A DNA stretch of 64,000 bases from an uncultured delta proteobacterium (GTDB taxonomy: Bacteria > Desulfobacterota > Binatia > UBA9968), in contig CAVUVW010000027.1 in assembly GCA_963745035.1 (NCBI GenBank), positions 160,001-224,000 on the forward strand, read 5' to 3'. The notes beneath the pieces are model-generated. The model had not been told where the DNA came from and did not search any database. It saw only the letters and a list, made by a program, of their open reading frames with translations. Of this stretch, positions 51,760 to 62,092 are shown in pieces. The position numbers and the translations under genes are program-made. The number at the start of each line of letters is the position of its first letter. Position 1 is the stretch's first letter.

Positions 51760-52872
51760 CTATTTCAAAATAGCCTGTGCCGCTTTGAAAGCGGGCTCGC
51801 GCACCTTCTCAAGTTTTTCTTCCGACTGATTCTCCACTTGCAAGAAATCAGTAACCGAGATCGCATCTTTCGCCGGGATCGTGCCCATTTCTCGCAGCCA
51901 GCGGGTATCGACATCGAGGCGGCGCGTCGCCTGACCAAGCGCCTTGGAAACTATCTCCTGCCCTTCGCGCCCCAGCAGCCAATTGACGAAAACTTTGGTG
52001 CTGTTTGGGTGCGCCGGCGCCTTGATGATCGCCAGATTGCCGCTGCCGCTGGTACCGTACGTTCCCTCTTTAAGCGTTGGCAGCGCCCTGATCGGCAACC
52101 CGGCCTTCAAAAACGGCGCAAACGTATAATAACTGAGGCCGATCATGACGGCGACACGCCCCTTGGCCAAACTCTCCGCGAGAACGCGCTGATCGCGCCC
52201 GAGATATAAATCCTGGGCGGCCAGATTCTTGAGATACTCTTCGCCTTTCGCATGCCACATGTACGACCAGTTAGCGTCGCCGCCGCCCAGACTGCGCGGA
52301 TCGAGTAGTCCGATTTTCCCTTTCCACTTCGGATTGAGAAAATCATCCATCGAGCGAAAGTCCTCAGGCTTCGCCAGGTCGGCGTTGTAGTAAATGGTCT
52401 GCGGCAAGAAAGCTTGAAAACTGTAGATAAACCTTTTTGCCTTATCGACCCACAGATGGCCGCCCCACCATTGCTTTTGCTCTTTGACTTCCGGCAGCGT
52501 CATCCACGGTTCGATCGGGTCGATGATCCCTTCGTCCAACATCCCTGAGATGATCGAAGAAGAACCGCCGATGTGCAGATCGAAGTGGCGCACGCCCGCT
52601 TTGAATTCATCCGCCATCCGGCGCACCCCCGCGCTGCCGCGGGCGGTAAACGTTTCGACTTCGATGCCGTAGCGTTTTTTGAATTGATCCTCGACCTGTT
52701 TTTTCAACTCGGCGCTGGCGGGCAGTGATACCGTTACCTTGCCTTCTTTCTTGGCGGCATCAATCACCTTGTCCCATTCCAACGGCCCGGCTTTGCTTTG
52801 TTGGCCGTAGACCGCAGGCGCGAAGATCAGGAGCCAAAACAGGCCAAAAGACAAAACATTTCTCGCGACCAT
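51760..52872 (-). CDS. ABC transporter extracellular solute-binding protein (Fe3+/AfuA-like)
   Basis: Signal peptide, AAKKEGKV, PKWKGKI and APAHPN..KVFVNWLL..EGQ. Confidence 0.87.
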   Translation of the reverse strand: MVARNVLSFGLFWLLIFAPAVYGQQSKAGPLEWDKVIDAAKKEGKVTVSLPASAELKKQVEDQFKKRYGIEVETFTARGSAGVRRMADEFKAGVRHFDLHIGGSSSIISGMLDEGIIDPIEPWMTLPEVKEQKQWWGGHLWVDKAKRFIYSFQAFLPQTIYYNADLAKPEDFRSMDDFLNPKWKGKIGLLDPRSLGGGDANWSYMWHAKGEEYLKNLAAQDLYLGRDQRVLAESLAKGRVAVMIGLSYYTFAPFLKAGLPIRALPTLKEGTYGTSGSGNLAIIKAPAHPNSTKVFVNWLLGREGQEIVSKALGQATRRLDVDTRWLREMGTIPAKDAISVTDFLQVENQSEEKLEKVREPAFKAAQAILK

Positions 52873-53198
52873 GATCTGGATTGGCAAGCTTATGTCTCCA
52901 TTAAGGGATCTTCTCGCGAATGGATTAACAATCCTTTTCGTCGAAACACTTGTCAAGTAAACTCTTTTACCAGCCTGCGAGCAATACTCCCCCCTTCAAC
53001 TCGGACATCGGCCACGAGAACAGGCAGTAAGACAGGACGGTCAATGACCCTCAATTTTCTTGACTTCTTATCCATGGCGGATTTACATGTCAAACAATTC
53101 GATTTTAGGTGGAGACTCAGTTTGAAAGCGATTGGCAGCCGGATTCGCGCGTAAGCTTCTCGACTGAAGGCGACGCCAGTCGCCGGTGAAAAATCATC

Positions 53199-54258
53199 AT
53201 GGATGCGCAAGCTCGTCGAACGTCCGTAAAGCGATACAACGCGGGTATTCAGCGCGCCAGGGGGCTATTGGAATTGGCCTCCGGTTTGTACGACAGTTCC
53301 CTGTCGTCAGAGTCGTGGAAGGCCGCCGAGGGGGTGCTGCAAACCGATACCCCCATCGGCAACGCGCTCAGACTATCGCTTACGCCCAAACCGAACGATA
53401 GCAAGGGCGTCGCGCTCTCCTTCACTACCGGCGGTTTTGACGCGATCAGAGCGGTGGCCGAAGGTGAGTTTTCGCTCGCTTGGGTGAACCCTTCGGTGCA
53501 ATTGACAATGGCCTACCGGGGCAAAGGCCCGTTTCCCAAACGCCTTCCCGTGCGAACGATCGCCGTGTTTCCGTCTTACGACGTCATGGGCTTCGCGGTC
53601 CACGAATCGACCGGAATCACTTCCATCTCTCAGATCAAAAAGGAACGCTTCCCGCTCAAAGTTTCCATACGGACGGATGGATAAAGCCGCTCGAAAGACA
53701 GACTCGACGATGTTCACGGTGGCGGAGGTCTTGCGGGCCGCCGGATTTACGCTGGAGGATATCCGCCGGTGGGGCGGAGAAATTCATCTGGCAAGCAGGC
53801 CCAGCGCTCCTACGCGCCGGGCGGACATCGAAAGCGTACGGGTCAACGCGGTTTTCGATGAGGGAATCAAGAGCTGGGCGCGAACCGCGCTGGAAAACGG
53901 GTTTCGCTTCCTGCCCATCGAAGGATCGATCCTGAAGCACATGACGGCGCTGGGGTACCGGCCGACCCGCATGCCGAAATCGCGATTCGAGGGAATGGAG
54001 GCAGATATTCAGACACTTGATTTCAGCGGCTGGCCGATGATCGTGCGCGCGGACATGCGTGACGACGTGGCCTATGCCTTGTGTGAGACGATCGAGAAGC
54101 GAAAGGACACGATTCCGACGGATAATTACAAGCCGCTCGATATCGCGCAACTCTGCGCCAATGACGAAGAGTCGCCTTACGATGTCCCATTGCATCGAGG
54201 CGCAGCGCGTTTTTATCGCGAGAGAGGATATCTGAAGCAGAATTTTCGCGGAAAGTGA
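53199..54258 (+). CDS. TAXI-family TRAP solute receptor-like protein (frameshift near 53678)
   Basis: VRTIAVFP, GITSI, LRAAG, IVRADM.DDVAY and VPLHRGAARFYRERG. Confidence 0.75.
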
Positions 54259-54327
54259 GATAACGATACTCGTTTAGTATCGTAAGAACCGGTTTCGACT
54301 GGAATTCGCAGGTGGAGGTGACCAAGT

Positions 54328-54672
54328 ATGGCTTTAGTACGATGCGTTACAGAAATGGGCATGGGAGTGGATGTTCACGGATTGGACTACACTGCTGCCG
54401 CCAAGCGGGCGGTGTTCGATGCGATTCATCACAGCAGCTTGGGATTTCCGCGGCTGGTAGGCAAGACCGCGGACGATATGCGGGTGGATGTCACCATCGG
54501 CGTGCCCAAGCCCGAGGCCGTAGACAAGAAGGCCGTGCTGGAGACGCTGCCGCACGGCGGCGGCCACATCAACGTGGTCCAAGGTGGATTGCAGGTGCTC
54601 AATGAAAAGGGCGACGACGGTTGGCTGATCGCCAACGCCATCATCGTCGTCAGCATCGACGACGGAAAATAA
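54328..54672 (+). CDS. Lin0512-family protein
   Basis: EMGMGVDVHG.DYT.AA.RAV.DAI...IGVP.P...LPHG...GGL. Confidence 0.85.
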   Translation: MALVRCVTEMGMGVDVHGLDYTAAAKRAVFDAIHHSSLGFPRLVGKTADDMRVDVTIGVPKPEAVDKKAVLETLPHGGGHINVVQGGLQVLNEKGDDGWLIANAIIVVSIDDGK

Positions 54673-54709
54673 CTACTAGTCGATCAGCCGTAAGCCGCAG
54701 CGACATGTG

Positions 54710-55235
54710 CTACTTCTTCTCGGAATTTTTTTCCGGCGGAGGCACCTTCGCCTCGATTTTCACGGGCGCGACACCGTCCTTGGTCATGCCCAATTCTTTC
54801 GCTGCGCCTTTTGACAGATCGATATCACGCCCTTTGACGTAGGGGCCCGCGATCGTTGATTTTGACATCAACCGAGGCTCCGGTTTCCAGATTTGTAACA
54901 GTAGCCTCCGTTCCCAGCGGCAGCGTCGGATGTGCGGCAGTTTTATCGTTTTGATCGAACTTTTCTCCAGTCGCTGTTTTCTTGCCATGGAAACCGGGAC
55001 CGTAGAATGAAGCTTCCCCCATCTGTTCGACGATCGGCTTGCCGTCATTGCCCTGTTGGACAGTAACTTTGTCTTTCACCAAGTCCTGACGCCCTTCGGC
55101 TTTTTCGGTAATTTCCGCCTTTCGCTTTACCTTTTCTGCGATCTTCTTGGCCTCTTTGGTGTCCTTGTCTGCGCTTGAAACATATCCGCTCAAGGCAAGG
55201 GAGATTAGAAGGGTAATCAGAATGCGTGTAGCCAT
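54710..55235 (-). CDS. RlpA-like double-psi beta-barrel protein (frameshift near 54845)
   Basis: Signal peptide, GEASFYG, TATGE, TAAHPTLP, INDRGP then YVKGRDIDLS. Confidence 0.85.
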
Positions 55236-55340
55236 AATATTCTCCATTTTGCTCCGCGTCCGACGCAAAAATAGATCGGCGCTGCAATGAGGGACCGGTC
55301 ACGATTCATATACCCGGCGCAGACTTGGCACGTGTACTTG

Positions 55341-55355
55341 GCAAGCCTCGTACCA
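55341..55355 (-). promoter_or_regulatory. Putative sigma-54 promoter for the RlpA-like gene
   Basis: TGGTAC-GAGGC-TTGC on the minus strand. Confidence 0.5.
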
Positions 55356-55614
55356 ACAACGGAATCGCTTGGAAATCGATTAGAAATCGCAGGGCGATGA
55401 GCGTGTCTCTAAAAAGGGACTAATCCTTTGGAGGAATTGACCTTAATAAATCGAGAAGCTTGTCGGCAATTCCCCCATCGACGTCATCCGGGCGAGGTTC
55501 CACGTTTTCCGGATTCCGAAAACGTGGGAATAAGCTATCTTTCGCTCGCGGGTACGTTGGAGGTGACCCTGACAAAACCGGAAAGCGGGGCGATCTTACC
55601 AGCGCAGGAGGAAA

Positions 55615-56601
55615 TCAGAGGTTCGGCGATTTCAGCACCTGCGGATTTACGACATTGATCGGCGCGCCGGCGGCGTACGCGACGATCTGATCGAAAATGT
55701 CGGAAAATTGGACCTCGTACTCGTCTCGTGTGACATAACCGATGTGCGGCGTGCACACGACGTTTTCCATGGCGAATAACGGATCATTAACGTCGAGAAC
55801 CGGCTCCTCTTCATAAACATCGACGGCCGCCAGACCGGGCCGACCGGCTTTTAGAGCCGCAAGCAATGCGCCGGGCTCGATCAGACCAGCGCGACTGGTA
55901 TTGACCAACAAAGCCGTCGACTTCATGCGGGCAAGGTCCTGGCTCGTCACGATGCCGCGGGTCGCTTCAACCAGGCGCATGTGAAGCGAGAGCACGTCAC
56001 ACTCGGAAAAAAATTGCTCCTTGTTGCGCGCCGCCGCAAATCCGTCGCTGCGCGCTTGGTTGAGCGAGCCCTCGCGCGCCCAAACCAGGATGTTCATCCC
56101 GAAAGCTTTGCCGTAACCGGCAACAACGCTGCCGATCCTACCGTAGCCGTAAATTCCGAGCGTTTTGCCGCGCAGATCATTGCCGACGCCGATCTGCCAC
56201 TTTCCCGCCTTGAGCGCCGACATCTGTTGGGGCACCTGGCGCATCGCCGCAAGTACCAGCGCCCAGGTAAGTTCCGCGGCTGCATAAGACGGCGTGCCGG
56301 CGTGCTGGCTCGACGATACAATGATTCCCAACTCAGTGCAGGCATCGACATCGATGTGCGGGTAGACGCTGCGTTGGCTTATCAGCTTGAGTCGGTTCAG
56401 CCGCTGCAGCAGTGGCCTGCGGATCTCGGTCCGCTCGCGTATCAGCACCAGCACCTCGGTGTCCTGCAATCGCTCGGCGAGCGCATCGACTTCCTGAATG
56501 TGGTCGTTCCAGATTCTGACCTCGTGACCCGCCAGCTTTTTGTAGCATTCGAGCGTGCGCAGGGTATCGTGATAATCGTCAAGAATGGAGATCTTCATCA
56601 T
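55615..56601 (-). CDS. D-2-hydroxyacid dehydrogenase family protein
   Basis: [22 protein letters not shown] and TPHIG. Confidence 0.93.
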   Translation of the reverse strand: MMKISILDDYHDTLRTLECYKKLAGHEVRIWNDHIQEVDALAERLQDTEVLVLIRERTEIRRPLLQRLNRLKLISQRSVYPHIDVDACTELGIIVSSSQHAGTPSYAAAELTWALVLAAMRQVPQQMSALKAGKWQIGVGNDLRGKTLGIYGYGRIGSVVAGYGKAFGMNILVWAREGSLNQARSDGFAAARNKEQFFSECDVLSLHMRLVEATRGIVTSQDLARMKSTALLVNTSRAGLIEPGALLAALKAGRPGLAAVDVYEEEPVLDVNDPLFAMENVVCTPHIGYVTRDEYEVQFSDIFDQIVAYAAGAPINVVNPQVLKSPNL

Positions 56602-56759
56602 CGGAAATTCAATGTCACAGCGGGCTTTATGCTTGGAGCTGTCCTCATCCGAGCGCGGTGAACTTTTGCTAATTGCAAACCTAGACGATCATGCTTCCAA
56701 CCTTAGAGCCCGTAAAAGCGCGCGTGTTCTTGTACGAGCAAGTCCAATGCTGCACGGTT

Positions 56760-57741
56760 TCATGATCCGAGCTTGAACAACGTCCGCACGAAATCCTTTA
56801 CCGCTATACGCGTCGCATTCGCCGCCGCCTCGCTGTAGCCCGTGTGAGCATCTCTCTGCGTGCACGGGTCTTTCCAGGTGAACCGCTCACCGGAGTCGGC
56901 ATTGATGATCGTGCCAAGCGGCTCTTCCTTGAGCTTGCATGCGCGTAAGGTTTGCACCCCCTCTGATAACGATGGCGTCTTGTTGCCGAGCGGATTGTCG
57001 AAACTATGATGCGCGCCGGCGTACTCCGTCAACACAGCATCGCGTCCGGCAGCGCGCAGGCGTTCGAAATACGCGCGGCACGGCGCCGCCGGAGTGTAAT
57101 CGTCGGCCGTCCCATGGAACTGTCGTATAGGCGTGCCTACGTCGGTGTCGCCGATAAACGTTGTGGCGCACCCAGGATAAAATGGCATGTGGGCCGCGAA
57201 CGCAGCGCGCGGATTCCACATCCGCTGGAACCGCTTTAGGCTCGAATAGAGCGACGAAACACCGCCGAGTGAAAATCCCATGATCGCGATCCGAGTGGGA
57301 TCGATGCGCGGGTGGTTGGCGAGCACGTCGAAGGCGCGGTAGGCATCGAGAATCAAGTTATACGGGGTGAGCTGCCCGAGGTTCTAGAAGTACGGCTCAG
57401 CCCTCGCCCCGAGAAGCTGTCGACGAGGAATGACGCGATCCCCATTTCATTGAGAGTTTTTGCCCAAAGCTCGTCGCGGGCATTGGAGCCGGCTGAGCCA
57501 TGTTGGGGAATAACGGCGGGCAACCGACCACCGGCACCTTGGGGAAATCGTAACTGGCCGGCGATCGTGAACGGTTTGCCGTTTTGGTCGCCGGTCAAGA
57601 ACTGGCGGACGGACAGAGTGAGCGTTGCAATGGGGTAATTTCCGTTCGCGCCGCCAGATCCTTAACGCTCGGGTCGGCTAGCGCCGACTGAGCCCATGCA
57701 AAGCCGACAACCGCACAAACTACTCGCAAAGCGCGTGTCAT
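56760..57741 (-). CDS. Secreted dienelactone hydrolase-family protein (two frameshifts)
   Basis: Signal peptide MTRALRVV..., PAVI..HGS, GFSLGG, GTADD and GAHHSFD. Confidence 0.8.
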
Positions 57742-57962
57742 GGTCCTTCCTTGTCGCTCGGTCCAGAAAAGGGAACTTGCCCTTGGCTGGTTTTTTGCCG
57801 CAGAGAGTAGCCCCTATTGAAATATGGTGTCAACCTAATCTCCCGTGAGATAACAATTAGGCAGAGCGCGGTCCGACTCGAACGCGCCGCAGATTGATTG
57901 TTCCACGGAGCCGCGATGACCAACATGAACATGCCCCGCCGTGCCCGGGCAGGACGTCCGGA

Positions 57963-59294
57963 ATGATCGATACCCATGTCGCCGACAAATCAGGAAAGCG
58001 TCGGATCTTTTTCGGCTGGTACATGGTTGCCGCGAGCGTCGTCACCAACACGATCTTCTCCGCCGCCTATTTCCAGGGCTTCGGCGTTCTCATCATTCCG
58101 ATGGAACGCGCCTTCGGCTGGGACCGCTGGGTTATTTCGGCCGCCATGTCGCTGCGCCAGTTGGAGTCCGGCATCGTCAGTCCAGCCGTCGGCTTCCTGC
58201 TCGACCGCTTCAGCGCGCGCAGATTGATTTTCTGGAGCGCGGTGATTTCGGGCGTCGGGTTCATCGGCCTCGGCTTCACCGCCGGCATAGCCACCTTTTT
58301 TCTCTTCTTCGTGATCATTTCCCTAGGAGCATCCGGCGTGAGTCACGCGGTGACCTGGCCCGTGATCATCTCGCGGTGGTTTCGCCGCAACCGCGGTCTG
58401 GCCACCGGGCTTGCGGTAACGGGTCCCATCTTCGGCTCGCCGCTGGTCATACTGAACACGCAGATCGAGGAGGCGTACGGCTGGCGCGCCGTCTTGTTCG
58501 GCTACGGCGCCATCATCTTGATCGGTATCACATTGCTGAGCATGCTGGTGCGCGACCGGCCGGAGCCCTACGGTTTGCGGCCCGATGGCGACGCGCCGGA
58601 GGATAGCTCGTCGATGGAACAGTCTACCGGCCCATCACAGCGGCGCACGGATACCGGGCTCACGCTCCACGAAGTGTTCCGCACTAAGGAGTTCTGGCTA
58701 TTCACGAGCTACTTGTCGGGTACCTTCGCCGTAAACTCTGCAGTCCAAGGCCACATGATCCCTTACTTTCAGCAAGACATCGGACTTAGCGCGTCTTGGG
58801 CGGCCGTGGTCATGTCTTTTGTCTTCATCCTCAGCGGTATCGGGCGCATCGGTGGTGGCTTTCTACTCGACCGGATGGACTATCGCCTCGTCCTGGCGGT
58901 CGTGGCCGCGATGATGGCCCTAGCGCTGCTCTATCTTCAGGTGATGGAAGTCAAAACGGTTTTGGCCACATTGCCCTTCGCGTTCGGTTTTGGCGTTGGC
59001 TTTGGCTGTCTCGTTCCGATGCGCGGCACGGTGGGCAGCATCATGTTCGGCACCCGGACGCTCGGAGGAATCTTGGGCCTGCTGCAAGGAGGCCCCATCG
59101 CGGCAGGTGTTGTCGGCCCATTGGTCATGGGCTTGGTCTTCGACGTGAACGGCAACTACTCCGCCGCCATCTGGGGACTCATCGTCATCAGCGCGCTCAT
59201 GGTGCCGCTGTCGCTTGCTATGGCTTCGCCCGCTGAGTTGGCTAGGCGCATGAGCAGCAGCGGATCTAGCCTCGTGAATTCGTGTTCGTGTTAG
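57963..59294 (+). CDS. MFS transporter (OFA/MCT-like)
   Basis: About 12 TM segments; FFGWYMV, GFLLDRFSAR, WFRRNRGLATG and VRDRPE.YGL.PDG. Confidence 0.9.
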   Translation: MIDTHVADKSGKRRIFFGWYMVAASVVTNTIFSAAYFQGFGVLIIPMERAFGWDRWVISAAMSLRQLESGIVSPAVGFLLDRFSARRLIFWSAVISGVGFIGLGFTAGIATFFLFFVIISLGASGVSHAVTWPVIISRWFRRNRGLATGLAVTGPIFGSPLVILNTQIEEAYGWRAVLFGYGAIILIGITLLSMLVRDRPEPYGLRPDGDAPEDSSSMEQSTGPSQRRTDTGLTLHEVFRTKEFWLFTSYLSGTFAVNSAVQGHMIPYFQQDIGLSASWAAVVMSFVFILSGIGRIGGGFLLDRMDYRLVLAVVAAMMALALLYLQVMEVKTVLATLPFAFGFGVGFGCLVPMRGTVGSIMFGTRTLGGILGLLQGGPIAAGVVGPLVMGLVFDVNGNYSAAIWGLIVISALMVPLSLAMASPAELARRMSSSGSSLVNSCSC

Positions 59295-59439
59295 CATGTT
59301 CGTGCTGGTAAAATTCACGGCCACGATCTACGATCAGGGCTCTTTTTGCAGCCTTGTGTGATCGGAAAATAAAAGACGCGAAACGCGGCCGGACATTCGG
59401 CATCAGAGTATAACGGATCGAACACTTTAGGAGCTGCCC

Positions 59440-60522
59440 ATGTTCGACAACATTGTTTTCCGCCAACTGTTCGACGCTACTTCGTCGACCTATACCTACC
59501 TCGCCAGCGACCCGCAAAGCCGCGAGGCCGTGATCATCGATACAGTCTTCGAGCAGCACTTCCGCGATCGCGCGCTGGTGGAAGAACTCGGCTTGAAGCT
59601 GCTCGCTGTGCTCGACACGCACTGCCACGCCGATCACGTGACGGGCGCATGGTTGATGCAACAGGCGACCGGCTGCCGGATCGGCATTTCGCGGCGCTGC
59701 GCCTTATCGCAGGGCGCGGACCTTCGCTTTGATCACGGCGACCGGGTCGCTTTCGGGAAACGCTATCTGGAAGTGCGCGCGACGCCCGGACATACCGATG
59801 GCTGCGTCACCTACGTCACCGACGACTACCGCATGGCGTTCACCGGCGACTGTCTGCTGATCCGCGGCGCCGGCCGTTGCGATTTTCAGCAAGGCAACGC
59901 GGCCACGCTCTATCGCTCCATCACGGAGCAGATCTTCAGCCTGCCGAACGACTGCCTGATATTTCCCGGCCACGACTACAGCGGCCGCACGGTGTCTTCG
60001 GTCGCCGAGGAGCGCGCGCACAATCCACGCATCGGGGGTCAAGCCGATGAGCGCGACTTTGTCGGCTTCATGGAAAACATGAACCTTCCGCACCCCAAGC
60101 AAATTGACGTCGCCGTGCCGGCGAATCTGCGTTGCGGCAAGCCGCAAGATGAAAAGGTGCCGCGGCCCGCGGATTGGGGACCGGTGCGCCGGAGCTACGC
60201 CGGGCTGCTCGAGATCGATCCAGAGTGGGTCGCCGAGCACCTGTCCGAACTCCACGTGCTCGACGTGCGCCAGCCGGAAGAAGTGGCGGACAAGCTCGGC
60301 CACATCGCCACGGCGCAATGTGTCCCGTTAAACGAATTGAAAGACCGCCTGACGGAGGTACCGAAGGACAAGCCCGTCGTCCCCGTCTGTCATGCGGGCA
60401 TGCGCTCGGGTCAAGCCACGATCATCCTGCGCGATGCCGGCTTTTCTCGGGTAGCCAATTTACATGGCGGTATGCTTTTGTGGCACCAGATGGGGTTGCC
60501 GGTAAGGCGCGGCACGATCTAA
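59440..60522 (+). CDS. Persulfide dioxygenase (ETHE1-like MBL) fused to rhodanese
   Basis: FRQLFD..SSTYTY, THCHADHVTG, TPGHT, GRCDFQ, PGHDY; C-terminal LDVR...VCHAGMRS. Confidence 0.92.
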   Translation: MFDNIVFRQLFDATSSTYTYLASDPQSREAVIIDTVFEQHFRDRALVEELGLKLLAVLDTHCHADHVTGAWLMQQATGCRIGISRRCALSQGADLRFDHGDRVAFGKRYLEVRATPGHTDGCVTYVTDDYRMAFTGDCLLIRGAGRCDFQQGNAATLYRSITEQIFSLPNDCLIFPGHDYSGRTVSSVAEERAHNPRIGGQADERDFVGFMENMNLPHPKQIDVAVPANLRCGKPQDEKVPRPADWGPVRRSYAGLLEIDPEWVAEHLSELHVLDVRQPEEVADKLGHIATAQCVPLNELKDRLTEVPKDKPVVPVCHAGMRSGQATIILRDAGFSRVANLHGGMLLWHQMGLPVRRGTI

Positions 60523-60696
60523 ACAAGCTCATCAGGCGAGTTCGTAATCGCCGGGACAAACGCGTTAACCCGAGTTTCAGCGAAGCAATATTTCGGTTGA
60601 CATCTTTTTCCTCCTATTCGATAAATCGGGTGCATCTACGAGCTTTCTGCACGCGGCCACTCTTGAGGGGCGCGAAGCGCCGAAAACGGAGGAGTC

Positions 60697-61299
60697 ATGG
60701 CATATAAACTCGAAGGCAGCCTTCTCGAAGTCTGCAATTGCGACGTGCTCTGTCCCTGCTGGGTCGGCATGGACCCGGATAATGGAACTTGCGATACGGC
60801 GCTGGCGCACCATTTCGAAAAAGGCGACATCGACGGCGTGGATGTGTCAGGCCTCACGATGGGCTTCACCGCGCATGTTCCTGGAAACATCTTGCAAGGC
60901 AACTGGCGCGTCGTTGTGCACATCGATGATCACGCCACGAAAACCCAGGAAGAGGCGCTGCTCACGGTTTATACCGGCAAACAGGGCGGTCCCGTCGCCG
61001 ACCTAGTGAAGCTAATCGGCGAGGTGGTTTCCGTAGAGCGCTCCCCGATAACGTTTCAAGTCTCGGAAGGCAAAGGAACCTTGCGTATCGGCAACGTGGC
61101 TGACTGTGAGATGGAGCCCTTTCGCGGCCCCAACGGCGAGGTGACAACGCTCCGCGATTCCATATTTACCACCATTCCCGGTTCGCCGGCGTACGTGGCC
61201 AAGGCGACCAAATACAAGATGAATAACCCTGCGCTGGGGCAAAAGATCGACCTCAAAGATCATAACGCGATCCAGGGAAAGTTTATTTTTCAGAGCTAG
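60697..61299 (+). CDS. DUF1326-family Cys-rich protein
   Basis: EVCNCDVLCPC...GTC, G.DVSGL and PGN...GNW. Confidence 0.85.
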   Translation: MAYKLEGSLLEVCNCDVLCPCWVGMDPDNGTCDTALAHHFEKGDIDGVDVSGLTMGFTAHVPGNILQGNWRVVVHIDDHATKTQEEALLTVYTGKQGGPVADLVKLIGEVVSVERSPITFQVSEGKGTLRIGNVADCEMEPFRGPNGEVTTLRDSIFTTIPGSPAYVAKATKYKMNNPALGQKIDLKDHNAIQGKFIFQS

Positions 61300-61335
61300 G
61301 TTCCCGTCCAGCAAGCCAAACGATTCGACGAATCC

Positions 61336-62088
61336 ATGGCCGACCGCAGCAGAGCTTTCTTTGGCTTGATGGTTTCGTTGGTCGCGCTGGCTTGGTGTGC
61401 TCTATGGATCTGGGATCGCTCGCCTTATGGCCGCTACCTGGGGCACGGGCAAATCGGCGAGATTGGCGCCGGCTCTCTCCTGCTCCCTATCACTTTGTAC
61501 CTGATCGGTTGGACACTGATGACGGTGGCCATGATGTTGCCGACGACTTTGCCGCTGCTCGAAATTTTCCGTCGCTTGACCGCGCAGCGTCGGGATCAGG
61601 TTCATCTCCTGGCCCTGGTGATCGCGGGCTATCTGGGCGTATGGCTGGCATTCGGCATGGCAGCTCACGGAGCTGACTGGTTGCTGCACGAAATCATCGA
61701 GCGCAGTTCCAGGCTCGAAGCAAATGCGTGGCTGATCGGCGCGGGCACACTGATCTTAGCCGGCGGTTTTCAGTTCAGTCGCTTAAAATACCGCTGTCTC
61801 GACAAGTGCCGCGCGCCCCTGAGTTTCGTCACCGAGTACTGGCGCGGCCGCCGCGAGCGGCGCAACGCATTCTTGCTGGGAATTCATCATGGCCTGTTTT
61901 GCGTCGGTTGCTGCTGGGCGTTGATGCTTTTGATGTTCGCCGTCGGAGTCGGGAATGTCGCCTGGATGTTAGCGCTCGGGGCGGTGATGGCCGCGGAGAA
62001 GAACTTGCCGTGGGGGCGCAAACTGAGCGCGCCTTTAGGCGTCGTTCTGATCGGGTGGGGCGGGATGATCTTCCTCAATCACCTCTGA
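61336..62088 (+). CDS. DUF2182-family predicted metal-binding membrane protein
   Basis: W.LMTVAMMLP, QFS.LK..CL.KCR.P, G.FCVGCCWALM and EK. Confidence 0.87.
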   Translation: MADRSRAFFGLMVSLVALAWCALWIWDRSPYGRYLGHGQIGEIGAGSLLLPITLYLIGWTLMTVAMMLPTTLPLLEIFRRLTAQRRDQVHLLALVIAGYLGVWLAFGMAAHGADWLLHEIIERSSRLEANAWLIGAGTLILAGGFQFSRLKYRCLDKCRAPLSFVTEYWRGRRERRNAFLLGIHHGLFCVGCCWALMLLMFAVGVGNVAWMLALGAVMAAEKNLPWGRKLSAPLGVVLIGWGGMIFLNHL

Positions 62089-62092
62089 GAGA

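Noticed and set aside
50286-54672. Nit1C-type nitrilase cluster, suggested by the long-spacer radical SAM
   Set aside because: No nitrilase, GNAT acetyltransferase, AIR-synthase-like protein or flavoprotein partners are present.
55326-55341. Plus-strand sigma-54 promoter TGGCACGTGTACTTG
   Set aside because: The -12 GC is mis-spaced and no plus-strand gene follows; the minus-strand element at 55341-55355 fits better.
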